The position numbers and the translations under genes are program-made. A stretch of DNA of 63,879 bases, filler included, from Globobulimina sp. (taxonomy: Eukaryota), in assembly GCA_003354225.1 (NCBI GenBank). It is 15 parts of 15 records of this genome, joined end to end, with 100 filler letters (N's around TTAATTAATTAA, not from the genome) between each part and the next. Parts side by side here need not be neighbours in the genome. Positions count along the whole stretch, not along the records: positions 1 to 4,171 come from PIVH01001526.1; positions 4,272 to 8,442 come from PIVH01001527.1; positions 8,543 to 12,712 come from PIVH01001528.1; 12 more parts are not named here. One strand, written 5' to 3'. Positions within the stretch are counted from its first letter, which is position 1; each line of letters begins with the position of its first letter. This document shows positions 1-12,812 of this stretch, one piece after another. The notes under the pieces are model-generated. The model saw only the letters and a program-made list of their open reading frames with translations, was not told the DNA's origin and did no database searches.

Positions 1-55
1 TGCACCTGCTATACCTGCCAGACCTTTACGCGCGCATATATACGTCATCTTGTTC

Positions 56-1882
56 ATGAGCGCGAACATTGAAGGCACAGGATATGATGGAGAGGAGCAG
101 AATGCCCAATTTTTGCAATGGATGTTAAGTAAAGAAGGTGGAGCTGCAAAGAAACCGTTAACAGACAAATTAATTCAGTCTGGAATAAATTCAATGTATG
201 TCTAGAAATCTATATATTTCATTCAATATTTTTTGAAATCCGTATTGCTAATTATTTAAAGTGATATGCTTGAATCAATTGGCGAAGATTTGGATGGTGT
301 TGCAGATGAAATTAAACTCACATATCTGCAAAAGATTAAATTAAGAAATATAATACAACATAAATTACCAAATAAACATGTACTAACAAACAAAAATAAT
401 ATATATATATGTAACTTATAAGCAATAAAATATAATATTCAGTCAATTATTGATAAAGAAGAAACTGAGGCTCTGACAAAAATGCAAAATAAATTAAAGT
501 CAATGGAAAGTGCCATTGATTTAATCGCTAAAACTAAACAAAGTTTTGTTTATTTACACAATTTTTGCTATCAAAATAACACATCATATTAGGCATTGAT
601 GAACAAGTAACCACACACACTGCAACTATCCAATCCACATTTAAACAATTCCATTCTTTGCTAAATGGCAGGGAAACATCGTTAATTTCAAAATTAAATA
701 AAATAGCAAATGATAAGAAAAATAAGTTACAACATACATCAAAAAAATTAGAGCAACAAACAGTCGAATCTCACAAAGTTATGTGTCTGATTACTCTCAT
801 TTTGAATATTTATTGGCAAGTTATGCGTTTTGTGCATGTGTTAGCAACATAAGTTATGTCATAAAAGGTTAAAAAAAGCAGTGGAACTCCATGAAATTGA
901 GGCACGTAAAAAGGATATTTTACAAATTGCGAAAGAGTTTGATCGCATTAAAGTTATAACAAAGAATGATTCAGTAATTACTGATAATAAAATTAACCTC
1001 GCTTTTCAGTCAAAATTAATGATTAGTACAATAAATTCATTTGCGACTGTATCAGCTGTAGCTATCATACCGGAATTATTATCTTTAACAGATAATACAG
1101 ATTCTACTATTACATTAAAATGGAAATTAAATGGCGGCAATGTGGATGAAAAACATAATGATACTAAATTAATGGTAGAATGGTCAGAAACGAAATCAAA
1201 TAATATCAATGAACATGATGAGAAATGGCAATATCATAAAGAATATAATTTAAATGATAGTAAGGCAATTACAGTGGAGATAGTTGGCAAAACAGGTGCT
1301 GCCATTTATTTATTCCGTATTCAATATTTTGATGGACATAATTGGTCGCAACAAAGTAATATTAAATCTATAACAGTGGCTGATGCGGATGAGTCATGGG
1401 ATCCAAATTGTAAATCTAATGATTTCCATATTGATGTGAATTCAATTTCAAATACTACAGCTTCTCAGCGCAGCGCATATTTGACAAAGGTAGTGAGTAA
1501 AGGAATTAATGAATGGACATTTAGAATTGATAAAATTAACTCCGGGGGGTGGAGTTTTGTTGGTGTCTGGAAGACTAAATTTGAACCAGTCACAGACTCG
1601 CACTTGATACGTGTAAAAGGTAACAAATGCTATCCATTGGCAGTGGATCGTGGGAAAAAGGTTGATCCAAAGACTAAGAAAGAGACAGATTATGCAAATG
1701 CATGTAAACAAAATGATATATTGGTGATGACATTAAATTTTAATAATTTATCATTATCATATAAAATAAATGGTACTGATTATGGCAAAGCGTTTGACAT
1801 TGAAAAAACAACCTACAAAGGTGCTATAACAATGGATGGCAAAGGAGCAAAATTCACACTATTATCTTATAAACGCTGTTGA
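56..1882 (+). CDS. Multi-exon protein: SAM-like N-terminus, coiled coil, FN3 domain, C-terminal SPRY/B30.2-like domain
   Basis: ATG at 56 (MSANIEGTGYDGEEQNAQFLQW...). GT-AG intron at ~196-261 and further short introns before the last exon (881-1882). FN3 pattern 'STITLKW...YLFRIQ...WSQQSN'. SPRY-like 'EWTFRI...FVGV...DILVMTLNFNNLSLSYKINGTDYGKAF'. Internal exon boundaries are approximate. Confidence 0.65.
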
Positions 1883-1967
1883 TAATGTATCATGTTTTAA
1901 ATTGTCACTTTGTAAATCTTCGATTCGAAAAAACTTTTGAGTGCTTTTGTGGAACTGCGTTTCCACC

Positions 1968-4171
1968 ATGTCAAACGTAAAAAAAAACATAGAAATGATA
2001 TTGGATTTACCGGGCAATCGGAAATGTGCGGATTGCGCCTCCTTAGTGGACCAAGACACAGGGTGGGCCTCCTTGAATTTAGGAGTGGTAATGTGTATCC
2101 AATGTGCGAGTATCCATCGTGCCATGGGAACGCATATAACAAAGATTCGATCCTTCCGATTAGATACAAATGCATGGACTGATAAAATAACCAATATATT
2201 CACCACAATCGGCGGCAATGATCGCGCCAATCGCGCCGTATGGGAATCTAATTTGCCATCTTTTTGGATCAATCCTAAAATAGACAAAGGCTCTGATGCG
2301 ATCAGGAAAGAATTTGTATTATCAAAATATGAGAAACAATTATTTTTACCGCCTGACCAGTTACGCGGCAGAATCAATAACTGTTTACGCAAAATGCCCA
2401 TCGAAGTGCGCCAAATCCAATGCGATTTCTGGTGCAGAGGCGAGAAAAAGTACAAAACCAAAGAATTCGCAGTCATACACAGTCGATGGCTGTCGCGCTA
2501 TAATGGGGGCAAAAAATCAAAAGCGTCGCAACAAATCGATTTAACTAATTTCAATATGATCATTGAAGAAAATACCACCGGATTTGAGGAATATGATGGC
2601 TACGAATTCAGTTTATACGAAGACACAAAATATATCGTCGCCCACACCAAAGAAGTGGATATGTACGGCGGCGATAACGAGCACAAAAGCGTCCATCCCA
2701 ACCATCAAAGTCCCAATCTATTCGCTCACGGTATGCCTGTATACAATCAATGCGAATTTGCGTAAAATGTCCATCGCTCCACGCGCCACCAAACCACATT
2801 TCAGTTTGAAACTGCAATTTTTTGGTTTCTGGATAATGCTAAAAACACAAAAACATTTTCCAGTTTCAAACTGAACCATTTTAATCCCCCACCCCACAGA
2901 CGAGCCATTGCTGCGATGCAGAATCAAGGATTTCAAGCAATTCGTCAACGTGGTCAAAGACATCCGGTCCACCATGGCCTATTACCGAGTGTATGACTCG
3001 TTGTTTGAGAGCGAGCCCGGCGAGCCGCCCTTGGACGTGACCACCAAGGACCTGTCGCTGACCACCACCAAATTCCTCGGCTTTGCCAAAATCGGTTGGA
3101 GCAAACGCTACTTTGCGTGCATCAATGGCTTCTTGTACCAGTTCAAAGAAGACGTCTCATTGCTGCTCAGCTACAATGCGCATGCCATCACCGTGTGGGA
3201 CCTGCAAATCATTGATTGTGTGTTGGACGAAAACGGGAAGCGTTCTGGCAGCAAGTTCGCCGTGTTGATAATCAATGGGAACAAGACCATTTCAGTCAAG
3301 TTTCAGTCGGGCCCCGAAGCCATTGTGTTCTTCACCAAATTGAAGCAGTGCTGGACGGATATCCGTGGCAAATACTATGTGGATTTCAGCGTGGATCCGC
3401 CTGAAATATCGGGCGAGGCGACTGGTCCCCAACCCATCCAAGTCGGTGCTGGCAGTCCGCGACCGCATCATAGCGCGAAACCGTCCTTTTTTATGCCCAA
3501 TCCGCAACACGGCGGGGCTTTGGGCTGTCCCAAGGAACAGGATGCGTTGATATTGGGTTTGATTGATGAGTATGAGAAGAAACAGGGTGCGTTGAAGCAG
3601 AATGAAGAGTCGGTGGTGGTGTTGGATAACAGCAGTACGGGACAATCGCAGTCACAGTCGAATGGGAGCAGTACTGATGGCGATGATGCATTGTATGCTG
3701 ATAGTGGTAGGTTTGAGTTATCAGAGAGTGAGTCGGATGATGCGTTGTATAGACAAGTCTCGCGGATGACGGCTAAGGAGAAGCAGCATTTGGAGGATAC
3801 TGCGAAGAGTATGCAACAGAAACATAGTTTTGTATATATTTGTATAGTGTTTGTGTGCTTTTGTATATGGTTTGTTGTTGTGTTGTTACTTGTTAGTAAA
3901 TTTAAATGTGCCGCAGGTGGTATTATATCAAGAGGAGGAGAAGGAAGATGAGGACATTACTGCGGATGTTAAAGTGATGAATGTGGAGAAGGAGACGAAG
4001 AATGATTCGTATCCTATAAAAGCAGGCGATGTAATGGATGATTCGTATCATTTACATATGGATGATGAGGATATTATGGATGAAGTTATAGCGTCTATTG
4101 TCAGAGAAGAAAGTGATAATAAATCCCCGGCCCCAGCATCAAAGCCCGAGACAGCACCAGAGGCATTGTAA
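1968..4171 (+). CDS. ArfGAP with PH domains (ADAP/centaurin-alpha-like) and acidic tail
   Basis: ArfGAP zinc finger CADC...WASLNLGVVMCIQCASIHRAMGTHITKIRS. PH-like 'GWSKRYFACINGFLYQFK'. Frame-consistent introns 2731-2899 (phase 1) and 3832-3916 (phase 0) join ORFs 1941-2765, 2908-3951 and 3851-4171. Confidence 0.88.
2800..2875. repeat. Intronic inverted pair of the palindrome CAGTTT(G/C)AAACTG
   Basis: CAGTTTGAAACTG at 2802-2814 and its reverse complement CAGTTTCAAACTG at 2861-2873, both inside the ArfGAP intron 2731-2899. Confidence 0.85.
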
Positions 4172-4271
4172 NNNNNNNNNNNNNNNNNNNNNNNNNNNNN
4201 NNNNNNNNNNNNNNNTTAATTAATTAANNNNNNNNNNNNNNNNNNNNNNNNNNNNNNNNNNNNNNNNNNNN
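4172..4271. other. Artificial contig-joining spacer (first of 14)
   Basis: N44-TTAATTAATTAA-N44 (six-frame stop linker). Identical spacers at 8443, 12713, 16983, 21252, 25519, 29784, 34047, 38310, 42573, 46836, 51097, 55358 and 59619, each 100 nt. Flanking contigs decrease monotonically from 4171 to 4161 bp. Confidence 0.98.
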
Positions 4272-4466
4272 ACTAACTTGGCTGTGGCTTGACTTGGATT
4301 GGATGCCATGCTTTAAATGTTTAAATCTGAAAAAAGGTTTTTGTTTTTGTTGTTGTTAGTATTCTTGAACATCAAGTCTAATTTATCTTTATGCTGGTTT
4401 CTATGACAAGTTGCTATTACAAGAATGTTAGCATAAGTTGCTATTACAAGAATGTTAAAGTTTAGA

Positions 4467-7400
4467 TTATTGTTTTTCTTGTTTTTGTTTTAATTTATTT
4501 TGTAATGTTAATATTTCATTTTGTGATGTTAATAATTTATTTTGTAAGGTTAATATTTCATTTTGTAATTCATTTATTTTTTTGTTTGCCATCGCACAAA
4601 TTTTCGTCGCCAAGTCTTTTGCAATCGCACTAATTTCCTCATTTTGCTTTTCATCAAATTTCCTTTTTTTTGTAGGTGGGGGATTGTTAATATTTCTTGA
4701 CTATTGTTGTTTTTGTTGTTGTTATATGTTAATAATTTATATACAATGATACTAAACTGCCATGTGTGACAAGATAGATAGTTGTTTATCTCTAAAAAAA
4801 CGCCTCTAAAAAACTTTTATTTCTTGCAATTACTAAATGAGAGAGGCATAAGCATGTCACTATTTTGTATTTTTCGTTTCTTTTGTTTAGGTTGCTGTGT
4901 TAAAACAAACATTCTTTTTCGTTTTTTCGTTTTATTTTCTTTTTTTTTCTTTTTTTCCCCATTTTTTCCATTTTTTCTCCTTTTATTTCCTTTTATTTCC
5001 TTTTTTTTCCTTTTTTTTCCATTTTTTCCTTTATTTTCATTTTGGTTTTTTTCTGTTTTTTCCTTTTGTTCTGTTTTTTCATCATTTTTTTGTTTTATAC
5101 AATGATAACAAACAAAAACTAATCCACATTGGCATGTTGCCACAAATTCACGTTTGGAAATATTTCTTTGACAGAAATTGCAATTAATATTTGATTGCTT
5201 CAAATAGTTTGCTTTGATCCGTGGCGGCAATAACTCGTTTTCTAAATTGTAAATTAAAGGATGTCTTTTACAGATATTACATGTTATAGACGATAATGCG
5301 CCAATAGTTTCTCCATGCAATGGATCAATAAATGAGATTTTAGCGGCATTCATATACGATTCTTTTTGTTGAACATGTACCTGACCAGTTTTTGCGCAAA
5401 ATGTATAGCATGTACATAATAGAAAATCTCTATAAAAAGCACACTCTGTTGTTAATTCAAATATGGGTATAATTAATATATTCTCAAACATTGACTGCAT
5501 GAATCGTGGCAAAATAGGGAGAGCCTCAAACACTTCCGGCATTTCAAACTTACGACAATCCATACAATAATTCATTACAATCGTATCATAACATTCCATG
5601 TCCTGCTTAGATTTACTATGTATTGACATTGATTTCAAAAAATGGTCACCCCAGAAACCTTGCGCTATGATAGTTTGAACAGGTATCTTTTTTCGAATTA
5701 ATTTTGTTACATAGGTTTTGTTTGTAAATTTTTGATTGTTATCTTTGATTTTGTTGATAAATTCCGTATTAACAATTAATAAAATATTTTTATTAATTAA
5801 ACTGCCACTGAGGTACCCTCGATATGCCATTTGATTTTCATTGTAGTGATTTTGAAGTTTCTTCCATAGTTTGAAAATAATAGGCTGCTGAATATCTGCT
5901 GGCATCCAGCGCAGCATCTCAGACATCATCCATTCACTAAATCCTTCTTTGCTTGGTCTTGTTTGCAGGCTTTGTAGATATGAATTATACATTGGCTCAA
6001 TATATTGATAATAAAGCATAAGTTGATGGTAGTTTGTATAGCATATGTCTTGATGGTGCAATTGATGGGACCAAACATTTAATGGATAAACAAACGTCTC
6101 CATTCCGTTTGCACGAAAGATATCAACAATCTTTAGCACACGGCGAGTAACCTGTTGTCTTGGTGTTGAGTCACATAATTTGTCAATATTATTTGCAACC
6201 ACATCACATGCAACCAACAAAGGCAATTGTACCGCTGTAGTATGTATTAATATTGTATTTCGACCAATATTTGAATATAATGGATTATTTTCTAGCTTTT
6301 GACTTAAATTACATGTTACCAAAACGATGACTAATGCATTTCTTTTACTTTTGTAATATTGATCATTTACACGTGGCCGTAAAAGTGTTAATAAAAGAGA
6401 TAATAATATTGCTTTATTCATTCCATACTGAAAGAACGACACTCCATTGTTTATTACATGATGTCCAACAATGAAAATGGTCTTAATCAAAGACGTTTGG
6501 AGGAGAGATGGTATCTCAACCAAAAAATCAGCAGAATCTAAACGCATCGTTGTTGTCTTAGATTCTGATTTAAACGCAAATTGTGACAAGTCAGTGTCTA
6601 TATTACTAGCAATTAACACAATATGCTGAAGCTTCTTTTTCATCTTTATAATATCTCTATTCGTGCTGTCTAGAACATAACCACCAGGCTGATGCTTGTA
6701 ACACAATCCTTTGCTATAAACTCTTCTATGACAACGAACGTTATTTGAATCAATAAATTTGCATCTACCCTGATGTTCTTTACAGTATCCATCTTTAAAA
6801 ACAAGACGCCGACATTTTTCACTTATTGTTTTGTCCTCGCCGCTGATATAAATCTTACGCATCAACATTTTGCATCGAGTTGGTATTAGTATTTGATTAT
6901 TATTATTATTGTCTGATAGCGATGGTGATGTTGACGGTGCTGGCGATGGTGATGTTGACGGTGCTGGCGATGGTGATGGTGAGTTATTAGTATTAGTGGT
7001 ATTAGTATTGGTGGTGGTGGTGTTGGTATTAGTATTAGTGGTATTAGTATTTGTATTGGTATTAGTATTTGGATTGGTGTTGGTAGTGTTGGGAATTGTT
7101 GGTGGTGAGTTATTAGTGTTGGTGGTGTTGGTGGTGGTAATTGTTGGTGGTGAGTTATTAGTGTTGTTAGTATTGCCTCGAATTAATGGAATTGGATTAA
7201 ATGTGGTTGTAGTTAGTATTGCCTGCTCATAACTAAATGGATTGACATTGCCATTGCCATTGTTATGTGGTTGTAGTTGTGGTGTTGGTGGTGTTGGTGG
7301 TGGTGATGTATGCTGTGTTGGTGGTGTTGGTGGTGGTGATGTATGTTGCGTTGGTGATGTATGTTGCGTTGGTGGTGATGTATGTTGCTCACCATTGCAA

Positions 7401-8297
7401 AATAGTACTAAGGAAGGAGGAAAACTTAAATGCGGCTGCAGATCATCATCATCATCATCATCATCACCATGGGTGAGATCCACCGCATTTTCTTTCCCCT
7501 CTACTGTTTTCCTATCTTCTGGCCTAATGTTGGTGGCTCTGCTACTGAATCGTCGTGTTCTTCTGTTTGATGGCAAACCTCCAATCTTAAATTTATTATT
7601 AAAAAATGCTTGCATCTGTTGCCGCACCAAATATACTAGCTCTCGAGTAAGTGGTGGAATAGCAATATCTTTGTAATGATCAATATTATCGACAACAAAT
7701 GCCATTACATGAATTGCAGTAAATAGACAACAATATTTGTCAAACATTATTCTTTTGAATCTAATAATTTTGATTTGCGATTCTGTGATTTCTGTCCATT
7801 TCTTTTGTAGTATCGCAATTAAATTTTTATGATCGTGGTGCAATAATGTGCTCAATATATTTATCTGTCTATTGTCTGAGACGTGAATCGTTGTGAAATG
7901 GGCAATATCTGCCTCCCGCACAATAAATAGCACATTCTTTTTCGTCGTTATCCGCTGCTCATTTTGACGCTGTGCTAAAATTTGATCTTGTAATGCAATA
8001 AAAATGTCACTTTCACGTAATTTCTCCTCGTTTGCATTTATGAGTGCAGCAATAACGTAATGCAGTATATTCTCCCCCAGATCAGGTATGTAATTATTTC
8101 TCGAATTAAAAAGATCATTTACATTGTCCTCAGAAATCTTAACGATAATTTCATGATTCCATGGATGTTTTTCAACTGCCTTAAAGGATACTGCCTATTT
8201 ATAATAATATTTTGAAAGATAAAATGCGTAATGCATTGGTATCAATTGAAAATTTAACTTTGCCCTTTGGTATCAAAGACATTCGACTAATATCCAT
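4467..8297 (-). CDS. Large uncharacterised multidomain protein: P/T/N low-complexity region, tandem C-C-C-H zinc-finger repeats, putative clan-CD protease-like domain, C-terminal Cys cluster, K-rich region, coiled coil
   Basis: The 1038-aa ORF stays open upstream to 8194. Probable first exon 8297-8259 (MDISRMSLIPKGK), intron 8258-8195. Repeats 'C..LVFKDGYCKEH' and 'CHRRVYSKGLCYKH'. Probable last exon ~4700-4467 (PPPTKKRKF...LQNKLKQKQEKQ*). Terminal exons are inferred. Confidence 0.7.
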
Positions 8298-8542
8298 TAA
8301 GTTCGCAAACCACAGTGGTAAAGTTTTGGAAATGTTCAGAACTTCAAATTTATCGAGATGTATTACAACGAAATCAAACAGGTATACAATGCTCGAATTA
8401 AAAACAGATACAATAAATATTAAAAACGTATATAGCAGGATTNNNNNNNNNNNNNNNNNNNNNNNNNNNNNNNNNNNNNNNNNNNNTTAATTAATTAANN
8501 NNNNNNNNNNNNNNNNNNNNNNNNNNNNNNNNNNNNNNNNNN

Positions 8543-9384
8543 TGACCAAATATTTTTTCAAATTCATTCTCTAAATATCTGTTCCCAGTGTATTCTCCCA
8601 AAACGGTGCCTGCAGAAACAGCTTTTTTTGTTAATCTGACTCCCAACTTACTTTCCAACGACGCGACCCGATGTTGTCCGATTTTAAAAGTCTGCATCAA
8701 TTCCGATGCTTGCATTTTATCACAGGTTGATACGTTCAGACTAGCAGTGACTTTCCTATTTTTCCTTCTTTTATTTGCTGTTTTTTTAATGAATATTTGT
8801 GGATTGCTGTTATGTTCTCCATTGTGCATAATATGACTATTTATTCTTTCCTTCAATGCCGCGTCGGATATCCATCCATTATCAGTTTTGTAGATTGATG
8901 CCTCGATATCAATATGCTTTGTTTTATTATCTAATTTATGGCATATCAATAATTTATGCTGTTTGGCCAAGTATTGTTTGATTTCATTTATTTTCTTACT
9001 CCATGGACATTGTTCTGGTTTCATCATTGCAACGGCATTGAAGCGAGGCTTTGGACCTTCGTTTATAAATTGGGTCAATCCACGGACAACAACGCGAAGT
9101 TTGTCTCTTTCAATCACTGTTTCTTGATATTTTCGTTGCAGTCGAATAGATTCTTTCTGTTGTTTTTCAATTTGTTTCTCTAATTCAGAGGAATGGTAAT
9201 TATTATTAACGTTATTATTGTTATTATGATTATTGCTGAATGGAAGTGGGACATTTGGAATCGGTAAATTATTATTAATATATTCTGACCACGGTTTGCC
9301 GAATGCTTCTGCCTTCGCATTGATTTGGTCGATTGTTTCTTGTGTCACTACGAGAGGTGATTCATTATTGTTGTTTGAATCCAT
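8543..9384 (-). CDS. SET-domain protein, 3'-truncated by contig end
   Basis: ATG 9384 (MDSNNNNES), coiled coil, NLS-like KRRKNRK, then the SET N-terminal motif 'LGVRLTKKAVSAGTVLGEYTG'. Confidence 0.65.
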
Positions 9385-9431
9385 TTTGATTACAAACCAC
9401 TTTCTCACTCTGAGACCATGGCGCGTATTAA

Positions 9432-11747
9432 ATGGTTAAGCTGAAAAAAGTTCAGCTAATAATGTCAAATGATATTAAAATGAAGAAACAAGGATCTCAT
9501 TCAACGACATGGTTTTCTACGGGTGATGACTATGATCCATTGTTGGATCCCAATCCCTATCCACAAGAAAAATGCACTACAACCAGAAAAGTTGTATGCT
9601 TTTTGCTTTTACTGGTAATATCACTGACTGTTGGCTTAATAATTGGATTTGCAATGGATTGGGGAGAAGATCAACAAACACAATCTCGGGGCATAGATTA
9701 CTGGCAAAATGAATTTGTAAAATATCCCTCCAATGATTCATGCAGACAATTTACTGTGGATTTAGCATCAAAGCCGCATATTGCTTCATATCCACAACAA
9801 TTTGAAACTGGTCAATATATTGCCGACTTATTTAACGCATACAACTATGAAACAACACAATATAATTTCACAGAAACGGTTTTGTCACATTTTGTTTCTT
9901 CGAGTTTAAGAATATTGAATACAGCTTCTGCGCCGATATGGAATGAGTTAGATATCTCAGAAGAAATAATCGACTCTGATCCATACACTGATAATCCATT
10001 ACGATTTCATATATATAATGCTTATGCTGCAACAGCAAATGTCACCGGAAATATAATTTACATTAATTACGGTTTACGCTCAGATTATGAATATTTAGTA
10101 AATAGTAATAATTACACCTCCATAGCATCAAATTTATCATTTGTGGGCAAGATTGGTTTAGTTCGATTTGGCGGTGGAATTGGAAGGAATATCAAAGTCA
10201 AAATAGGTCAGGAATACGGTTTGATTGCTTTGTTAATATTTAGCGATCCACAACAATACGCACAGGATCTATCAGCTGTATATCCAAACGGTCCCTGGCT
10301 ACCTTCCAGTGGCATACAAAGAGGATCTGTTTTATTCGCAGCATGTCCCGGCAACCCATCCCTGCAAAGATTAAATGATTTGTGCGGCATTGCTGATATG
10401 TCGGAGGCCATTCCATCAATCCCTGTCTTGCCAATTTCTTATGGCACTACAAAAATACTGTTTGACTCTATGGATGATATTAATATTGACATTGCTCCAA
10501 CACACTGGAAAGGCGGTATATTGACAGAATATAAAATAAATTCTAGCCATTTAATGCTTGATTTGCGTGTTCGAAATGAGTTGCATTTCAACGATACCAT
10601 ACAAAATGTGTATGCAATATATCACGGCTCTCAATATCCAGCACAGACAGTGATGTTAGGCGCACATCGTGATAGTTGGGGGTATGGTGCACAAGATGAC
10701 GTGTCAGGGACGGCGACAATGATGGAAATTGCGAGGATATTTAACATATTAATTGGTGCTGGATGGAGACCCAAAAGGAGCATTGTTTTTGCTTCGTGGG
10801 ATGGTGAGGAATCCGCTGTGATTGGATCGACCAATTTTGGTGAAAGTTTACAGGAAAAAGATTTGGAAATATTGCATGGAATGGTAAGTTATATTAATTT
10901 AGATATGACGACTGCCGGTGATACGTTTGTCATTGACGCACATCCATTGTTGAAGAAAATAAGTGTTACTGCCATGAAACAGATCCAGTATAATGAGAGT
11001 ATGACATTTTATGATATTTGGGACAATGATTTTAATTTAGTCACTGCAGGGAGTGATTATGAAGTATTTGCAAATTATTTAGGAATCGTGGCAGCGGATA
11101 TTGGTTTTAAAAAACAAGCACAATATGCTTCATATCATTCTATTTATGATACGATACATTGGCAAGATATTGTTGATCCGCACTGGTTCAAAGCTCAAGC
11201 AATTGTGAAATATGTTGGCGTGTTAATTATGAAATTGTTGGATATGCATATTATTCCATTTGATTTAGCTGAATTTGCGTCAAAATTAAGAGAATGGTTT
11301 GATTATAATTTAACAAATGCGGCTTTTGATAGATTTGAATGTAATCCAAACGGTTTAACAACCACTTTAATGCAAGAGTTGTCAAATACAATTGATACTT
11401 TTATAGACTCTGCAATTTTGTTAAATGATATGATATTAAATGGAACAATTGCAAGTCATGGAGATAATTACCAAGATTTAGTTGAACAATTTAATGAATG
11501 TTTGATTGGAATATCAAGGAAATTAAGGAGTAACAATGGATTGCCACAATCAAAATGGCACAAAAACATTTTATGGAGTGGTGCTGCAGAAACACCTGAG
11601 ATTGAATTTTATCCATATATTTGGAACACATTGCAGTACAATTGTACACAGGAAATGTTAAATAAATCTTTTGCTGTTACACAAGATATTATTCATCAAA
11701 CCAAACTGTTCATGGATCAATATGTTAATACAACATATTACATATAG
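9432..11747 (+). CDS. Glutamate carboxypeptidase II / NAALADase-like M28B metallopeptidase (type II membrane; PA domain; TfR-dimer domain)
   Basis: N-terminal TM helix; PA motif 'YINYG...GKIGLVRFG'; 'IQRGSV'; metal and catalytic motifs GAHRDSW, QDD, SWDGEE, YINLD, GSD, YHSIYD. Start may be 9462. Confidence 0.93.
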   Translation: MVKLKKVQLIMSNDIKMKKQGSHSTTWFSTGDDYDPLLDPNPYPQEKCTTTRKVVCFLLLLVISLTVGLIIGFAMDWGEDQQTQSRGIDYWQNEFVKYPSNDSCRQFTVDLASKPHIASYPQQFETGQYIADLFNAYNYETTQYNFTETVLSHFVSSSLRILNTASAPIWNELDISEEIIDSDPYTDNPLRFHIYNAYAATANVTGNIIYINYGLRSDYEYLVNSNNYTSIASNLSFVGKIGLVRFGGGIGRNIKVKIGQEYGLIALLIFSDPQQYAQDLSAVYPNGPWLPSSGIQRGSVLFAACPGNPSLQRLNDLCGIADMSEAIPSIPVLPISYGTTKILFDSMDDINIDIAPTHWKGGILTEYKINSSHLMLDLRVRNELHFNDTIQNVYAIYHGSQYPAQTVMLGAHRDSWGYGAQDDVSGTATMMEIARIFNILIGAGWRPKRSIVFASWDGEESAVIGSTNFGESLQEKDLEILHGMVSYINLDMTTAGDTFVIDAHPLLKKISVTAMKQIQYNESMTFYDIWDNDFNLVTAGSDYEVFANYLGIVAADIGFKKQAQYASYHSIYDTIHWQDIVDPHWFKAQAIVKYVGVLIMKLLDMHIIPFDLAEFASKLREWFDYNLTNAAFDRFECNPNGLTTTLMQELSNTIDTFIDSAILLNDMILNGTIASHGDNYQDLVEQFNECLIGISRKLRSNNGLPQSKWHKNILWSGAAETPEIEFYPYIWNTLQYNCTQEMLNKSFAVTQDIIHQTKLFMDQYVNTTYYI

Positions 11748-11835
11748 ATTTATTTTCGAGTGTATATATATCCGTTTTTAATTTTCAAGACATTCACAGC
11801 ATAACCAAAAAATGAGCTAGGTTTTTTTTTGAGGA

Positions 11836-12712
11836 ATGCATTCAGTTAACAATGGCGACCCAGTTGGGTTATGTGTTGGTTGTGTTTCTGCATTTTTGAT
11901 ATTATTTATTTACTCGCCATTGTGCTTGCGTAATATTTACAAATTATACCAAGAAAGACAAGAAATGTTTATGAATAAACGTTTTGTTAAAATGACATTA
12001 GGATTAAATTTATCATTAGTTTCTTTTCAATTATTATCAGGAATATTTACAGTTGGAATTACAATGAATATGTATAAAACATCCATAGTTTTTGCTATTT
12101 TAACCTACATTTCATTATGGATGTTTTTTTATTTCTTATTGTGTAAAACGTGGATGATTTTTTATAATTATCGTTGGACGCATTATATGTTAGCATTAGA
12201 ATGGGCAACGATTATTAATCCAAACAGTCATCATCAAAATTGGTTTCTTATAAACAAAAAAAGCTTTGGAAACTTATATTACATTTCAAATTTTTTTTCA
12301 TTTTTTTTCATATTTGGTGGAATAATATCATCCATGGGTGGATGTGTGGTAATATTCACTAATAATAATATCACATATATTGCAGTTGGTGGCGCATTCC
12401 TAAATTTTATATTTTTATTTCCAATCTTATTTTATATTGTAATTATAAAAAAAACACCGTATACAACAAAATGTAATGACTTATTTTACATTCATTATGA
12501 ATCAAAATGTATTGCTAAATTATTATGTATTTTAGGTATAACATTTATTTTAATGTGGGTAATGCATATAATTTTAACCATAAATTACGGCCGAAATGCT
12601 ACATTTTGGTGTTTTTTAATCGGAATTCATTTATTTACCATTTTAACAGTAATTATTATATTGCTATCTTGTGTGATTGTTGTTAAATGTAATAAAAACC
12701 CTGAAATCATTA
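11836..12712 (+). CDS. Multi-pass (7TM-like) membrane protein, 3'-truncated
   Basis: About seven hydrophobic segments in the ~290 aa before the contig end. Confidence 0.7.
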
Positions 12713-12812
12713 NNNNNNNNNNNNNNNNNNNNNNNNNNNNNNNNNNNNNNNNNNNNTTAATTAATTAANNNNNNNNNNNNNNNNNNNNNNNNNNNNNNNN
12801 NNNNNNNNNNNN

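Noticed and set aside
4408-4457. 23-bp direct repeat with a 27-bp period
   Set aside because: Only two copies, in a 3' flank; an ordinary local duplication.
4782-7676. Plus-strand F-, V- and G-rich ORFs (4782, 4897, 6909, 7242, 7267)
   Set aside because: Antisense shadows of K-, T/N- and P-rich low-complexity tracts of the minus-strand gene.
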